Source: Heterodontus francisci
Lineage: Eukaryota
Direction of reading: 5' to 3'
NCBI RefSeq assembly: GCF_036365525.1
Contig: NC_090387.1
Location: 76,073,300 to 76,137,299 of the forward strand
Length of the DNA stretch: 64,000 nucleotides
The translations under genes and the position numbers were made by a program. Positions within the stretch are counted from its first letter, which is position 1. The number at the start of each line of letters is the position of its first letter. Below, in pieces: positions 28,410-40,980 of this stretch. The notes beneath the pieces are model-generated. The model did not search any database. It saw only the letters and a program-made list of their open reading frames with translations, and had not been told where the DNA came from.

Positions 28410-28716
28410 TTTCATGGGCTAGACATAAGTGGTTTCCACTGAGTGGGGGTGAAAAGCTAGGGCTGATTTTGAATGATACTCAATAGAGAATTTGGGGGAC
28501 TCTTGTTTACCCAGAAAATTGTTAGAATGTGGAACTCAACCACAAGGAATGGTTAAGGCAAATAACACACATGCATTTAAGGGGAAGCTAGATAAACATG
28601 AGCGAGAAAGGAATAGAGGCTTTTGGTATAATATGGATGGAGTGGTGGGAGGGAGGTTTGTGTGGAGCATAAAGTTGTGTAGAATGGTCTGTTTCTGTGC
28701 TGTACATTTGATGTAA
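28410..28716 (+). mobile_element. Old CR1 3' fragment
   Basis: AFKGKLDKH-coding segment and tail AATGGTCTGTTTCTGTGCTGTA. Confidence 0.7.
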
Positions 28717-28735
28717 TAAAGGTGTTTTCTTGTGA

Positions 28736-28990
<255 letters not shown>

Positions 28991-29370
28991 TAATTCGGTA
29001 ACACGTGCACATGCTACTGCTTCATTGAGACCTTCAGATTGTTTGAAGCTTAATAGTTTGGGAGAGGAATTAGCACTTTTTTTTTGTGGATTGGGAAGGT
29101 CTAAACAGCTTCATATCGAAATGGGCTTAACAGGCCTGTGGATAATAAATGTGCCAGTCATGAATCTGATCTGTACTGACTTGTGTTGATCCTAATGTTC
29201 GCTTATCTTGCCCATTAAAAGTAAGACTTGTGGGGGTGCACTGAAGGCTTACCTGGAAAATTGAGCAACATGTTGCAGTTTTATCTGTGACATCTTTTCC
29301 TTGTTTATGGCTTACCAGTTTTCTTGGGCAAACTGAAAACATTCTTTATTCTTTGCCCTACTTGGATTAG

Positions 29371-29980
29371 TAACAGGAGTAGGCCATTTAGCCCCTTGAG
29401 CCAGTTCTGTCATTGTGATATACAACTTAACTCCAGATATCTACCGTTGCTCTATAACCCATAATGTCATTGGTTAACAAAAGTCTTGTCAGTCTCCGAT
29501 TCTAAATTTAACAATTGATCTCGCATCAATTGCTGTTTGCAGAAGAGAATTCCAAACACCTTTTTATTTTTGGGTGTAAGTGTTGCCTAACTTCACTCCT
29601 GAAAGGCCTTCTAATTTTTAGACTATGCCCCCTTGTCCCAGACTCCACAACCAGTGGAAATAGTTTTTCTCTCAACTTTGTTACACTCTTCTCACAATCT
29701 TTGATCAAATTACCCCTTATTGGTCCAAATTTCAGGAATACAAACCTATTTTGTGTAATTTAGCCGCTCGAGTCCAGGTGTTTTGGGAAATCTATGCTGC
29801 AATCCCTCCAAGGCCAGTATACCCTTCAAAAGAGGAGCTGCTCAGCACTGCCCACATTGTGGTGTAACCAGAGCTTTATATAGTTGGAGCATAACTTCTG
29901 CCTCCTTGTTTTTCTAGTTGTCTCGATATAAAGACCACGATACCATTAGCCTCTTTGAATATTTTCTGGACCAGTCCATG
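29371..29980 (-). mobile_element. Old CR1 3' fragment
   Basis: REKLFPLVVESGTRGHSLKIRRPFRSEVR; CR1 tail at 29371. Confidence 0.8.
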
Positions 29981-31788
29981 ATGTATTAATCTACATATTG
30001 TACAGACAGTAAGAATTAAATCTAATTCCAGTAACTAACTAACTTGGAGAATATGTAGGGTGCTTGTGTCAATGCTCTGAGGACAGAATATATCCTGCCA
30101 GATCACTTTTATAAATTGCTGTTCTGGGTTTATTTGCAAGTCAGATTTACATAAAACAAGGTACATGGGCAACGTAAATAAAAAAGGGTGAATATGTCCT
30201 TTACAAAAAGCTGTATGTACAGCAGCTTGTCACCCTTGCTTTGGGTGAATTGATGGAGCCTTCTTTTCTTGGTACACAGTCTGCAGTCTTTACCGATATA
30301 ATGGCATGCTTGGAATGAGAACTTTGTCTTCCAGGCTCTGAGCTAAAGATATCAGAACTTAAGCTAGCAGTCAGCAATGCAATATTTAATCTGTGAGCTG
30401 GCCTTTGATAGCTAATTTTTGAAGTGGTCAAGTAACAAGCAAGTGAGCAACTAAATCTTTAGATCCTTGTAGCTGGTGTTTTGAACAGTTCCTTTTAGCA
30501 ATTTTTTCCCCACCTGCTTGTTTTCATTTACGTATCACAAAAATTGGTGCAATGATTAACATTTTTTAAATTGCTGTCCCAGCCATCAAAATTTATTTTA
30601 TCGCATTTGTTTTGGTTCATGGAGGGTGCATCTCTTCCATTTCTTTCTTAAGGAAGAGCCACTTCCATTTTGACCTTATTACTTGAAATTATGCAAAAAT
30701 GAAGAGCCATTCTGATTTGGGATAGTCCCTTCCACCTTGGATCACCCAGACACTTCCTGTGGACACAAGGGGCAAGATTTGCTGAAGCAGGCATCTTGTG
30801 GCCTGCCTGCTTTAGTGAGACCTTTTCCTGTACACTTCAGTTGATTTATTTTTTTGCCTTGTAATTGGAGATGTGAGCTCATAACAGAACAAGGGCAACG
30901 AGGTTTCTGACACTTTGGCAAACAGCATAGCCAACTGTGTCTTAACCATTGAGATTGAAGGATTAAGAAAGAGAAAGAACTGAAAAGGGGGGTGAATTAA
31001 TGAGTGAATTAAATGTCATCAGAAAGGGAAAGAAAGATTAGATTGAAAGACAAGAAAATGGAAAACAAAATAAAATGATGTTTTAAAATCTTCAATTCAA
31101 TACTTGAAACAAGACTGCATGCCTTTAATTACTTTCTGGGCTAGAGGTTGATTGGCAGCCATTAAAAATTATCACATCATTAAAAGGGTACTTGCATTAG
31201 TAACAATTATTAGATTTAACTTTTTGGTGAGTTTAATGAGCAATTAATATGCAAACTTCATGAAACTAGAGAAAGGGTTTTCCTGAAGCTAGTGACAGTG
31301 GTGCAAATTGTCCAGTAACTTGTAGCAATTCGCAATACAAGCAATATCTTCCTTGCCACAAATTTCTAGCCAATTTTCACGCTGATTGTCAATCCCACTT
31401 TTTCAATAAATTCTCACCCAATAAAGAGGTGGAGTTTTTGCATGAGCTGGGGGAGGTGAAGACCTCCAGGAAAGGGTCCATGCCCACACTATCCTTTTTG
31501 TTTCATGATTTGTTTTGCTGTGGCTTTTAATTTGTTGTGTGCCACAAATTAGTTGTCTTTTAAAACCAATTGACTCTGGGGGGGTTCCAATTCAAGTCAG
31601 GTTGGCTGCTTCAGTACATACAATTGGGCAACCTCAAGCCTGAGACCCAATTCATTTAATTCAGTTTAAAAAAAAAAAGATTTTATCCTTTTAATACCCT
31701 TAGGTTTAATTGCATTGTTCATGTTTAATATATTTAAGATATTGCATTTTTCAGTGTACTAAAATTCTCTAACTTTTTTAAATTCTAG

Positions 31789-31810
31789 GTTTAATTTTAT
31801 TTATAACTGA
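31789..31810 (+). CDS. NUDT21: NUDT21 exon 7 coding part: (R)FNFIYN-stop
   Basis: Acceptor TTCTAG|G; canonical C-terminus FNFIYN then TGA at 31808-31810; exon lengths sum to 681 nt = 226 aa plus stop. Confidence 0.97.
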
Positions 31811-32082
31811 AGTTAGTGGACATCTCTGATACAAGATCATGGTGGCCATATGGGTCCAGTTTTCCTGAACATCTTTAGGTGTGGCTTCCATCAGCCACAG
31901 ACTTTAATCAGTTCTTCAAACCAAACCCGGTGGCATTTTGCAGCACCTGCCCTGACTTTGCTGGTGCTCAATTGGGATTCTACTCAACTCTACACCAACG
32001 ATGAAGCCAAGGAACTGAACTGGCGCTTTTTAAAAAAAAAAAGTTTCCTTCTGCTCGTGTAATTGTTTGCATTTTCTACTTT

Positions 32083-32088
32083 ATTAAA
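32083..32088 (+). promoter_or_regulatory. Candidate proximal poly(A) signal (ATTAAA) of NUDT21
   Basis: ATTAAA about 270 nt after the stop, followed by U-rich sequence. Confidence 0.45.
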
Positions 32089-33650
32089 TGGACAAAGATA
32101 CCTTTTTATTTTCTGAGGGTTTTAATCTATGCATTTTGTTGTTTCGCCCAGTTCATTTTGACTTTGTAATTAGATGTGGCTCTCAAAACCTAGTTGGATT
32201 GATAAAAATTCACTCGTCCAATTCTGCTGCTTCAGTTTGTATGGCAGAAACTTAGTTTTTAATCTGCTCTTTTGGGGCAGTAGTTTTCTAGTCCAACTGC
32301 AGCCTCATACAGTTTTGGTCTGTTTTATGATCAGTTCTGGAACCCTTGGCTTATACTATTGGCTGAGATGTTAATTCTTTCCTGTTATGCAAATGCTCGT
32401 ACTTTATTTTAGCTGTATGCTTCATACCATGTCATTGAGGTGTGCAAATGATCTGACTGCAGTTAGTTTATGGGCCTGTCCAATTTGCTGCAGTATCTGC
32501 TGGGTGCAATTTCAGTTTTGTGTGTAATTTGATTTTCAGAAAAGTCATAAGGCTGTATACAAATCTTCATGAACTTGTCAAAATATATTCAAGTATCTAG
32601 TTTGGGGGGAAGGGTGGAAATTCTTCAAGCCACAATGGGGAAAAGTTCAACTTGAACTGCACTTGTGCTATACGATTAACCTGGGGTATGAAAATCTTCC
32701 ACTAGATGAGCATAGCTTGGTCTTGAAGGGTAGTGAACCACCAGTGGGTCTAGGTTTGTGTACTCAGTTGGTAGTGGGTCCATTGTTCATTCTAACTTCA
32801 GTTTTTAGTTCTAATTCTGAAGTTCTTCTGATTTTGGAAATGTCTTTTAAATATTTACACTGAATATTTCAACATGGAAGGATTAGATATTTATTTCACA
32901 CTATCTCAATGCCTCGAAAATGAAGAGTTCTTAGCAAGAGCCATGTGATGAGGTAGAATATGGGAATGTTAGGATCATTGTAGTGTTGCACTTCATTGTA
33001 CCAGTAGGATGTGCTAGAACGTTACCTGTGGCAAATGCTGGGTACAGGTTTTAGAAGTGCTGTTACTTGGATTGCTGTGGGCATGTATAATTCATACTGG
33101 GTCTGTGCTGCATGCAATTATACAGTAATGTATTTTGCCTTCCAAAGCTAGTCGGTGTCTGGAGAGAACTGTAAAATAGTCTAGTGGCAAGATGTGAATG
33201 AGTCTGTCACTGCTGAGTGATGAGGAGAAAATGAACTTGTATTGCCTAAGTGCAATGGACTTGGCTTAAATAGGGTGTCCCAAGCATTCCATGATGCTAT
33301 CACTGGTTTCTCACTGTAACTTTGGCAACCCATGAGATATGATAAATGGCTCCTTACACTCTATGGTACAAAAATGTTTGATAGCCTTGAGCTTGCACTA
33401 TATGAATACTCTACCAGCTGACCAGTTTATGTAAATGTTGGTCAGACTTTATATCCTATTCATATAGTAAAGTTGACTATTTTCTTCCAAATGAGTTCTT
33501 GAGCCGAAGTACAAATATTTGTTGAAAAACCTCTGATTAAACCCCTCTCTTCATGGGGGCATTAAAACCTGGGTATAGATCTTGTGACTTTTCTCCTGAG
33601 CATTTGTGTTCCTGAAACTCCCTTTCTCGACATGGTCGTGCTAACCTAGA

Positions 33651-33656
33651 AATAAA
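33651..33656 (+). promoter_or_regulatory. Candidate distal poly(A) signal (AATAAA) of NUDT21
   Basis: First canonical AATAAA I found after the stop codon; GU-rich element (GTTGTGTCCTGTTCTGTT) about 40 nt downstream. Confidence 0.6.
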
Positions 33657-34192
33657 CTGATTTACAATGGTGGAACCATGGGTCTACCTTCGAGTTGTGT
33701 CCTGTTCTGTTAGTATCCTTTATCTATTTTCAGTTTCTGCTTAAACTAGGCTGGGTTCAGCCAGCTGGCACATTTTGCAACACCACCACAATGAAAAATA
33801 CACAGGCTTGGACCACCGTCAGAGTCCATGTTAGCTGTGCTGTCTGTCTGACCCTGTTGGATCTTCAGGTTTGACTCCAATTGAGCTGTGCTTCTCTTGG
33901 AGTGATGTGAAATAAGTTGCTTCTGTGTTTTAATAGTTGCTGTCTGTACTGAACTCACTACTGTGTGTAGTAAAGATTTGAAAAAGTATGGGTTTCTATT
34001 AATTTTTAATTGCTTTTGATTTTATTTTAAATGGTATGTTAGATTAGCCTGTGGTATATTTTAGTTATGCTTTCCTCTTAAGGATAGAAAGGATTTTTTT
34101 TTCTGTGTGTAAGTTTGTCTGACCCTCTATTGAAACTGGGTTATGTCAAAATTGGATCCTACTGTAGTTTAAACAATTTGGTGTGCTGTCGA

Positions 34193-35091
34193 TGTCATGT
34201 AAATCCCACCTGCCAAGAATGAGAGACATATTTTGCCACTTGAACATTAAAACTTAAACTTGTTGCTGGGAAGAAAAGAGGGCCTATCACAAGGAGTAGC
34301 CAAGCCCTTGACGGGAAAGACATTTGCATTGTAACACACTGGAAAAGGACAAAGGGGCCACTTCCTGACACATTCAATCCACAATGGACTTCTGATTGCC
34401 AGACTTTGAGGGTGGAGGGGCTTGCATGCCTGGTTAACTGTTAAGATGGATGAATACAGAAACTGATGTGGTCAGAGCAGTTTAGGCACAGGAAGAACTG
34501 GTGGAGTTTTTTGAATTTAAACTTGCCAGAGTGTTTAAACTGAGAAAGCTCTTTGCTCCTGGGCTCAGAACATCTCTGTCCTGTCTGCTGTCATCACGCT
34601 TTCACCAGCTGCAGAAGCCAGTGAAGACCTATGAAGTAAAAGAGGGAAAAGTCTCCCACAGAAACCAGGTTTAAGAATACTGGACTCTAAGGAAAAGCAA
34701 GACTACCTACAATCAAGGACCCTACCGTGAGCTCCTTTCTTAGTAAAAAGCCTCTCTTCAGAGATTGCCTCAAACTCTCCACTATTTTTCTTTTTTCTGT
34801 CTATTTGCACGTGTGCATTGTGTATGCATGCTACCATAGGGTGCAGTAGGTAACTAGGCCTTAACCAAATTAGAGATTAGAGTTTAAGTTTTAATAAATT
34901 TCACTATTCTGTTTTCACTGTAAGAAAACGTGTTTTTGCTCATTTCTTTGCCGGATAATTGGAAAACAGTGAACAAGGATTCACCAAAGGGCAGCTCAAA
35001 CATAGTGTGATTAGAAACAAAACCCTGTTACAATAAGACTAGGTGAAGGCTAAAAGGGACCCCGAGCCACCTTTCTCACCTGATCATAATA
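34193..35091 (+). mobile_element. Probable solo LTR (about 900 bp)
   Basis: Starts TGTCATG, ends CATAATA (imperfect inverted termini), internal AATAAA at 34893; no convincing TSD. Confidence 0.45.
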
Positions 35092-35104
35092 GTGGGGTTA
35101 TAGG

Positions 35105-35110
35105 TTTATT
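35105..35110 (-). promoter_or_regulatory. Candidate poly(A) signal (AATAAA) of the IgSF receptor gene
   Basis: TTTATT on + about 550 nt past the stop codon. Confidence 0.35.
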
Positions 35111-35659
35111 AGCTTTCCCTCTCCTTCTGGAACGGAGAGGACCACAATGCAGATAGTATTTACAAGGAATGAGTTATAATTTGTTAAACAATAGTCAATA
35201 GTCGTTTTTTAAATGTTGGATTCTTAGACTTCAAGCCACTCCTTATGATTTGACCATGCAAGCTTAATTTTTAAGAGCCATCACAAGCTGCCAGGGCAAT
35301 TTTTTGATGACCACTGGTTGATGTCGCGGCAAAAACATTGTGCATGTTTGAAATCCAGAACATACGGATCGCAGTACGTTTTCAACCTGCCGCCTGCGTA
35401 AATCTGGCTTTGCAAACCCTGCTCTCGGCTGGTTCTGTAATGGGCCGACGACCCATTCCACCAGTTTACTGCCTCATCATTGAAGGTGAAAATCAACACT
35501 TCACCAACCCCTCCCAACACACGAGATGCGTGTGAGGTTCCAGAACGTTAGTCCTTATTCCAGCTGCAATAAATGAAAACAATGACAGACGCACATTTAA
35601 TGGTGTATAATCGAATACCCTGGACCGACATCCCAGTTCCTCGGACTATGTTTAGATTC

Positions 35660-35797
35660 TTAGCTTCTCTCTTTCTTTATGAAGTTTACTTCAGCATACA
35701 CTGCGCTCTTGTCTTGTTTAGGTTTTGATGTTTTCTTGGAATCAGCAAGCTGTAGAGTGGCGTAAGTCAGCTGGTTCTCACCGCTTCTTTGTTTAGT
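35660..35797 (-). CDS. IgSF receptor terminal exon with ITIM: TKQRSGENQLTYATLQLADSKKTSKPKQDKSAVYAEVNFIKKERS-stop
   Basis: Acceptor CTTTTACAG|ACT, phase 0; ITIM LTYATL plus distal ITIM-like AVYAEV; TAA at 35662-35660. Confidence 0.85.
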   Translation of the reverse strand, partial: TKQRSGENQLTYATLQLADSKKTSKPKQDKSAVYAEVNFIKKERS

Positions 35798-36045
35798 CTG
35801 TAAAAGTAATATTTCGTATCACCCGTTAATCTATTGCCCACTCATTGCTTGAGGTAATCGAGGTTTGAAAAAGGCTGTAGTGAAAATTCTTCTCATCAAT
35901 TACCAACTTCAGATTGTAACCGGATTTTGTTTTGGTTTATTTCTCTCCGGTTTCTCCCTTCTCTGCAAACGATTCATGTTTTGTTCCAATTCCAAACCCT
36001 CCCCTAAATCTTACTGGTATTCCGCTTTAACCTTCATATAAAATT

Positions 36046-36180
36046 AGTTCTGAAGAAAGGTCACAACCTGAAACGTTAACTCTGTTTCTCTCTCCATTGA
36101 TGCTGCCAGACCTGCTGAGTATTTCCAGCACTATCTGTTTTTCTTTCAGATTTCCAGCATCGGCAGTATTTTGCTTTTAT
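36046..36180 (+). mobile_element. Penelope-type short repeat with hammerhead motif (36046-36081)
   Basis: AGTT-CTGAAGA-A-AGGT(CACA)ACCT-GAAACGTT-AACT; flanked by the 15-bp direct repeat TATAAAATTAGTTCT. Confidence 0.8.
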
Positions 36181-36444
36181 AAAATTAGTTCTCCTGCTGA
36201 TGCAGCCCATTTAAGGGAGAAGATTGATACTTCAATTAAAATAGAAAAATGAATTTCATACTGGTCTGTTCATGGTATTTGGAATGACGGCCCTGTTGTT
36301 TGAGCCTCGACAGCCAATATGACCCTTACCCCATGGATGAGGCTCCAAGGTCACATTTTTCAGCCGCCTTTCCCCTGCTATCACAGAGTGATGATTTTGT
36401 GTAGAAATGGTTTGGATATCATTCGCGGCAATTTCTTGCCCTAC

Positions 36445-36555
36445 CTGGGGATAGACGGTGTGGTCTATCTCATGTCTACGTTTGGGGGGTCCTTTGTCGT
36501 CTCTCAAGTTTAGAGTAGCGTAGGCGGCAAATTGTTCACTTGGTCTTAGTATTTC
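36445..36555 (-). pseudogene. Orphan or decayed cytoplasmic exon: EILRPSEQFAAYATLNLRDDKGPPKRRHEIDHTVYPQ
   Basis: 111-nt open frame homologous to the terminal exon (YATL...VY), with donor CAG|GTAGGG, but preceded by TAA where an AG acceptor is expected. Confidence 0.55.
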
Positions 36556-37002
36556 TTATCTTATTTTTACAGGTTGTACAGATAGCTGAGAATCTGATAC
36601 AGCAGCCAGCTACCATCAATTGGAACTGAGTCTGAAAGTGTAATATGGAGAGAGTAACCGATAGAATTAGGGCTTAATTGCATTCTGTCCACTCACAATC
36701 ATTTTATTCAATATCTCACCTATAGGGTGAGGAATAGTTCCAAATAAGAAATCCGGAGCGCTCAAACCTTAATCCTCAGTCAGCCCAGCTTATTGGAAGA
36801 CCTTGCAGGCCTGAAATTGTCCTTGTTCCACTTCCAGCCACTTCCATCCCGAGCCGGAAATCAGCCGCTGAGACCCTAGCCATTCACCCCCTCCCCGCAA
36901 CTGCCTAACCCAGGGTTTCAGGGTTCAGACCAATTATCTACCGGTAGCACTGTCCCAGCTTACAGATCAGAGGCGGGGACGGCACCTGGGACCTTCCGAA
37001 TC

Positions 37003-37170
37003 TGAAAGCAAAATACTGGGGTTGCTAGATATCTGAAATATCAACAGAAAGTGCTGGAAATACTCTGCAGATCTGGCAGCATCTGTGGAGAGAGAAGCAG
37101 AGTTAACCTTTCAGGTCTGTGACCTCTCATGAAAGATCAGTGTCCTGAAACGTTGCCTCCGTTTCTCTCA
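37003..37170 (-). mobile_element. Penelope-type short repeat with an inverted partial copy
   Basis: Reverse complement of the 36046 repeat followed by a + strand CCTGAAACGTT...TTTCTCTC copy. Confidence 0.7.
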
Positions 37171-37320
37171 CCTTCCTAACCTGTCTGGTTGTGCTGCACA
37201 ATGTCTTAATTAAGCAACTGGGTATGTCCGATTTTTAAAATAATTTGAATTATGAAAGAGGAAGTTGTCAGAAGTATATGTTATGGTAAATACAAATATT
37301 TATCTTGGCCTTAAAATCAA

Positions 37321-37568
37321 GATGTACAGTTCAAAAACAAGGAATTTAGCAAAACCTTTCTAAATCACTGGTGAAGCCTCAGCTGGAGCACTGTGTTCAA
37401 TTCTGGGCACCACACTTTAGGAAAGATGTCAAGGCCTTCGAAAGCATGCAAAGGAAATTTACTGAAATGGTATCAGGAATGAGCGACTTCAATTATGTCG
37501 GGGAGACTATAGATTCTACGATTGTTCTCTCTAGAGCAGAGAACGTTAAGGGGAGATTTAATAGAGGT
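37321..37568 (+). mobile_element. Old CR1 3' fragment, part 1 (continues at 40721-40980 and 44219-44290)
   Basis: KPQLEHCVQFWAPHFRKD...; collinear continuation after the two nested insertions. Confidence 0.8.
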
Positions 37569-40500
37569 CACAGAGTCATAGTCATAGAGTTATACAGCAC
37601 AGAAACAGGCCCTTTGGCTCATCGTGTCTGCGCCGGCCATACAGCACCCAACTGTTCTAATCCCATATTCCTGCACTTGACCCGCAGCACTGTATGCTAT
37701 GGCGTTTCAAGTACTCATTTAAATACTTCTTAAATGTTGTGAGGATTCCTGCCTCCACCACCTCTTCAGGTAGTGCGTTCCAGATTCCAACCACCCTCTG
37801 GTGAAAAAATGTTTCCTCAAATCCCACCTAAACCTCCTGCCCCTTACCCAAAATCTATGCCCCCTGGTTATTGACCCCTCCACTAAGGGAAAACGTTTCT
37901 TCCTATCTAACCTATCAATACCCCTCATAATCTTGTACACCTCAATCATGTCCCCCCTCAGCCTTCTCTTCTCCAAGGAATATAACCCTAGCCTTTTCAG
38001 TCTCTCTTCATAGCCGAAATGCTCCAGCCCAGGCAACATCCTGGTGAATCTCCTTTGCACCCTCTCCAGTACAATCACAACCTTCCTATAGTGTGGTGAC
38101 CAGAACTGTACACAGTACTCCAGCTGTGGCCTAACTTGTATTTTATACGGCTCCATCATAACCTCCCTGCTCTTATATTCTATGCCTCGACTAATAAAGG
38201 CAAGTATCCCATATGCTTTCATAACCACCTTATCTACCTGTACTGCTGTCTTCAGTGATCTTTGGACAAGTACACCAAGGTCCTTCTGACTTTCTGTACT
38301 TCCTAGGGTCCTACCATCCATTGTGTATTCCCTTGCCTTGTTAGTCCTCCCAAAATGCATTACCTCACACATTTCAGGATTAAATTCCATTTGCCACTGC
38401 TCCGCCCATTTTACCAGCCCATCTATATCTCCCTGTAATCTAAGGATTTCCTCCTCACTATTTACAACATCACCAATTTTCGTGTCATCTGCGAACTTAC
38501 TGATCATACCTCCTATATTCACATCTAAATCATTAATGTACACTACCAACAGCAAGGGTCCCAGCACTGATCCCTGTGGTACACCACTGGTCATAGGCTT
38601 CCAATCGCAAAAACAGCCCTCAACCATTACCCTCTGCCTCCTGCCACTTAACCAATTTTGGATCCAATTTGCCAAATTGCCCCGGATCCCATGGGCTCTT
38701 ACCTTCTTAACCAATCTCCCATGTGGGACCTTATCAAAAGCCTTACTGAAATCCATGTATACTACATCAACTGCTTTACCCTCATCGACACATCTAGCCA
38801 CCTCATCAAAAAATTCAATCAAGTTAGTTAGACATGATCTCCCGCTATCAAAGCCATGCTGACCATCCCTGATTAATCCCTGCCTCTCCAAGTGGAGATT
38901 AATCCTGTCCCTCAGACTTTTTCCAATATTTTCCCAACCACTGATGTTAGTCTCACCGGCCTGTAATTACCTGGTTTATCCCTACTACCCTTCTTGAATA
39001 ATGGTACCACATTCACTGTCTTCCAGTCCTCTGGTATCTCTCCTGTGGCCAGAGAGGATTTGAAAATTTGTGTCAAAGCCCCTGTTATCTCCTCCCTTGC
39101 CTCACATAACAGCCTGGGATACATCTCATCTGGACCTGAGGATTTATCCACTTTTAAGCCCGCTAAAACAGCTAATATTTCCTCCCTTTCAATGCTAATA
39201 TGTTCAAGTATATCACAATCCCCCTCCCTGATCTCTACACCTACATTGTCCTTCTCCATAGTGAACACTGATGAAAAGTAATCATTTAAAACCTCACCTA
39301 TGTCCTCCAGCTCCACACAAAGATTGCCACTTTGGTCCCTAATGGGCGCTACTGTTTCCCTGGTTATCCTCTTACCCTTAATATACTTATAAAACGTCTT
39401 GGGATTTTCCTTTATCTTGCCCGCCAGTGTTTTTTCATGCCCCCTCTTCGCTCTCCTAATTACTTTTTCAAGTGCCACCCTACACTTTCTATACTCCTCG
39501 AATGCCTCCATTGTTTTCAGTGCTTGGGATCCGCCGTAAGTCTCCTTTTTTTTCCTGATCCAATTCTCTATATCCCTTGACATCCAGGGTTCCCTGGGCC
39601 TGTTAGTCCTACCCTTCACCTTAACGGATACATGTTGGCTCTGAACTCTCACTATTTTCTCTTTGAATGGCTCCCACTGATGTGATGTAGACTTTGCTAC
39701 AAGTCGCTGCTCCCAGTCTACTTTGGCCAGATGCTGTTTTATCATATTGAAATCAGCCTTCCCCCAATTCAGTACGTTTATTTCTGGTCCATCTTTGCCC
39801 TTTTCCATAACTAGCTTAAATCTTAAATGGTCACGATCCCCGAAATGCTCCCCCACTGACACTTCTACCACTTGACTGGCTTCATTCCCTAGGATTAGGT
39901 CCAGTACTGCCCCTTCTCTTGTAGGACTTTCTACGTACTGGCTCAAAAAGCTCTCCTGTATGCATTTTAAGAATTCTGCCCCTTTTAAGCCTTTTGCACT
40001 AAGACTATCCAGTTAATATTGGGGAAGTTGAAATCCCCTACTATTATTACCCTATTATTTTTACACCTCTCTGAGATTTGCCTACATATCTGCTCCTCTA
40101 TCTCTTCCTTACTATTTGGAGGTCTGTTGTAGACACCCAGCCAAGTGATTGCCCCCTTTTTGTTTTAAGTTCTACGCATATGGCCTCATTTGAGGAACCT
40201 TCTAAGACGTCATCCCTCCTTACTGCAGTAATTGACTCCTTGATCAACAGTGCAATGCCACCTCCTCTTTTATCCCCTCCCCTGTCGCGCCTGAAGATTC
40301 TATACCCTGGAATATTGAGCTGCTGGTCCTATCCCTCCCTCAACCATGTCTCTGTGATCGCAATAATATCATAATCCCATGTGCTAATCAATACCCTCAA
40401 TTCATCTGCCTTACTAGTAAGACTCCTTGCATTGAAATAGATGCAATCCAACCTTGCATTTTTCCCTTGTGCCTTACCAGGTCTATATTTGCTCTGCCTT

Positions 40501-40720
40501 CCAGGCAGACTCACTTTCAGTTCTATATTACCCACTACTGTACCTCAACTCTGTATCCCATCCCCCTGCCAAATCAGGGGACTCCTGTACTACCTACCTG
40601 CAACTATTACTCCGCCTGGTGGTCACCCATCACTTTTCTGCCTGTACTGCCATTACCTGCGATGTGACTACCTCTCTAAATGTGCTATCCATGAGGTCCT
40701 CAGCATCATGGATGCTCCAC
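37569..40720 (-). mobile_element. CR1 LINE (ORF2 in three to four pieces, internally deleted ORF1 remnant)
   Basis: 390-aa RT and 344-aa EN/linker frames; FNARSL and TETW endonuclease motifs. Confidence 0.95.
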
Positions 40721-40980
40721 AGGTGTTCAGAATTATGAAAGGTTTTGATAGAGTAAATCAGGAGAAGCTGTTTTCACTGGTGGTTGGGTCGGTATCCAGG
40801 GGACAGAGATTTAAAATAATTGTCAAATAATCAGGGAAGATGAGGATATTTTTAATGCAGCCTGCTGTTGTGATCTGGAATGCACTGCCTGAAAGGGTGG
40901 TGGAAGCAGATTCAGTAGAAACTTTCAAAAAGGATATATATACTTGAAATGAAAAAAATGTAGGGCTATTGGTAAATGTG

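Noticed and set aside
30768-31420. Possible ancient DNA transposon with GGGGCAAGATTT / AAATTCTCACCC ends
   Set aside because: Inverted ends too imperfect and no TSD; cannot be supported without a repeat library.
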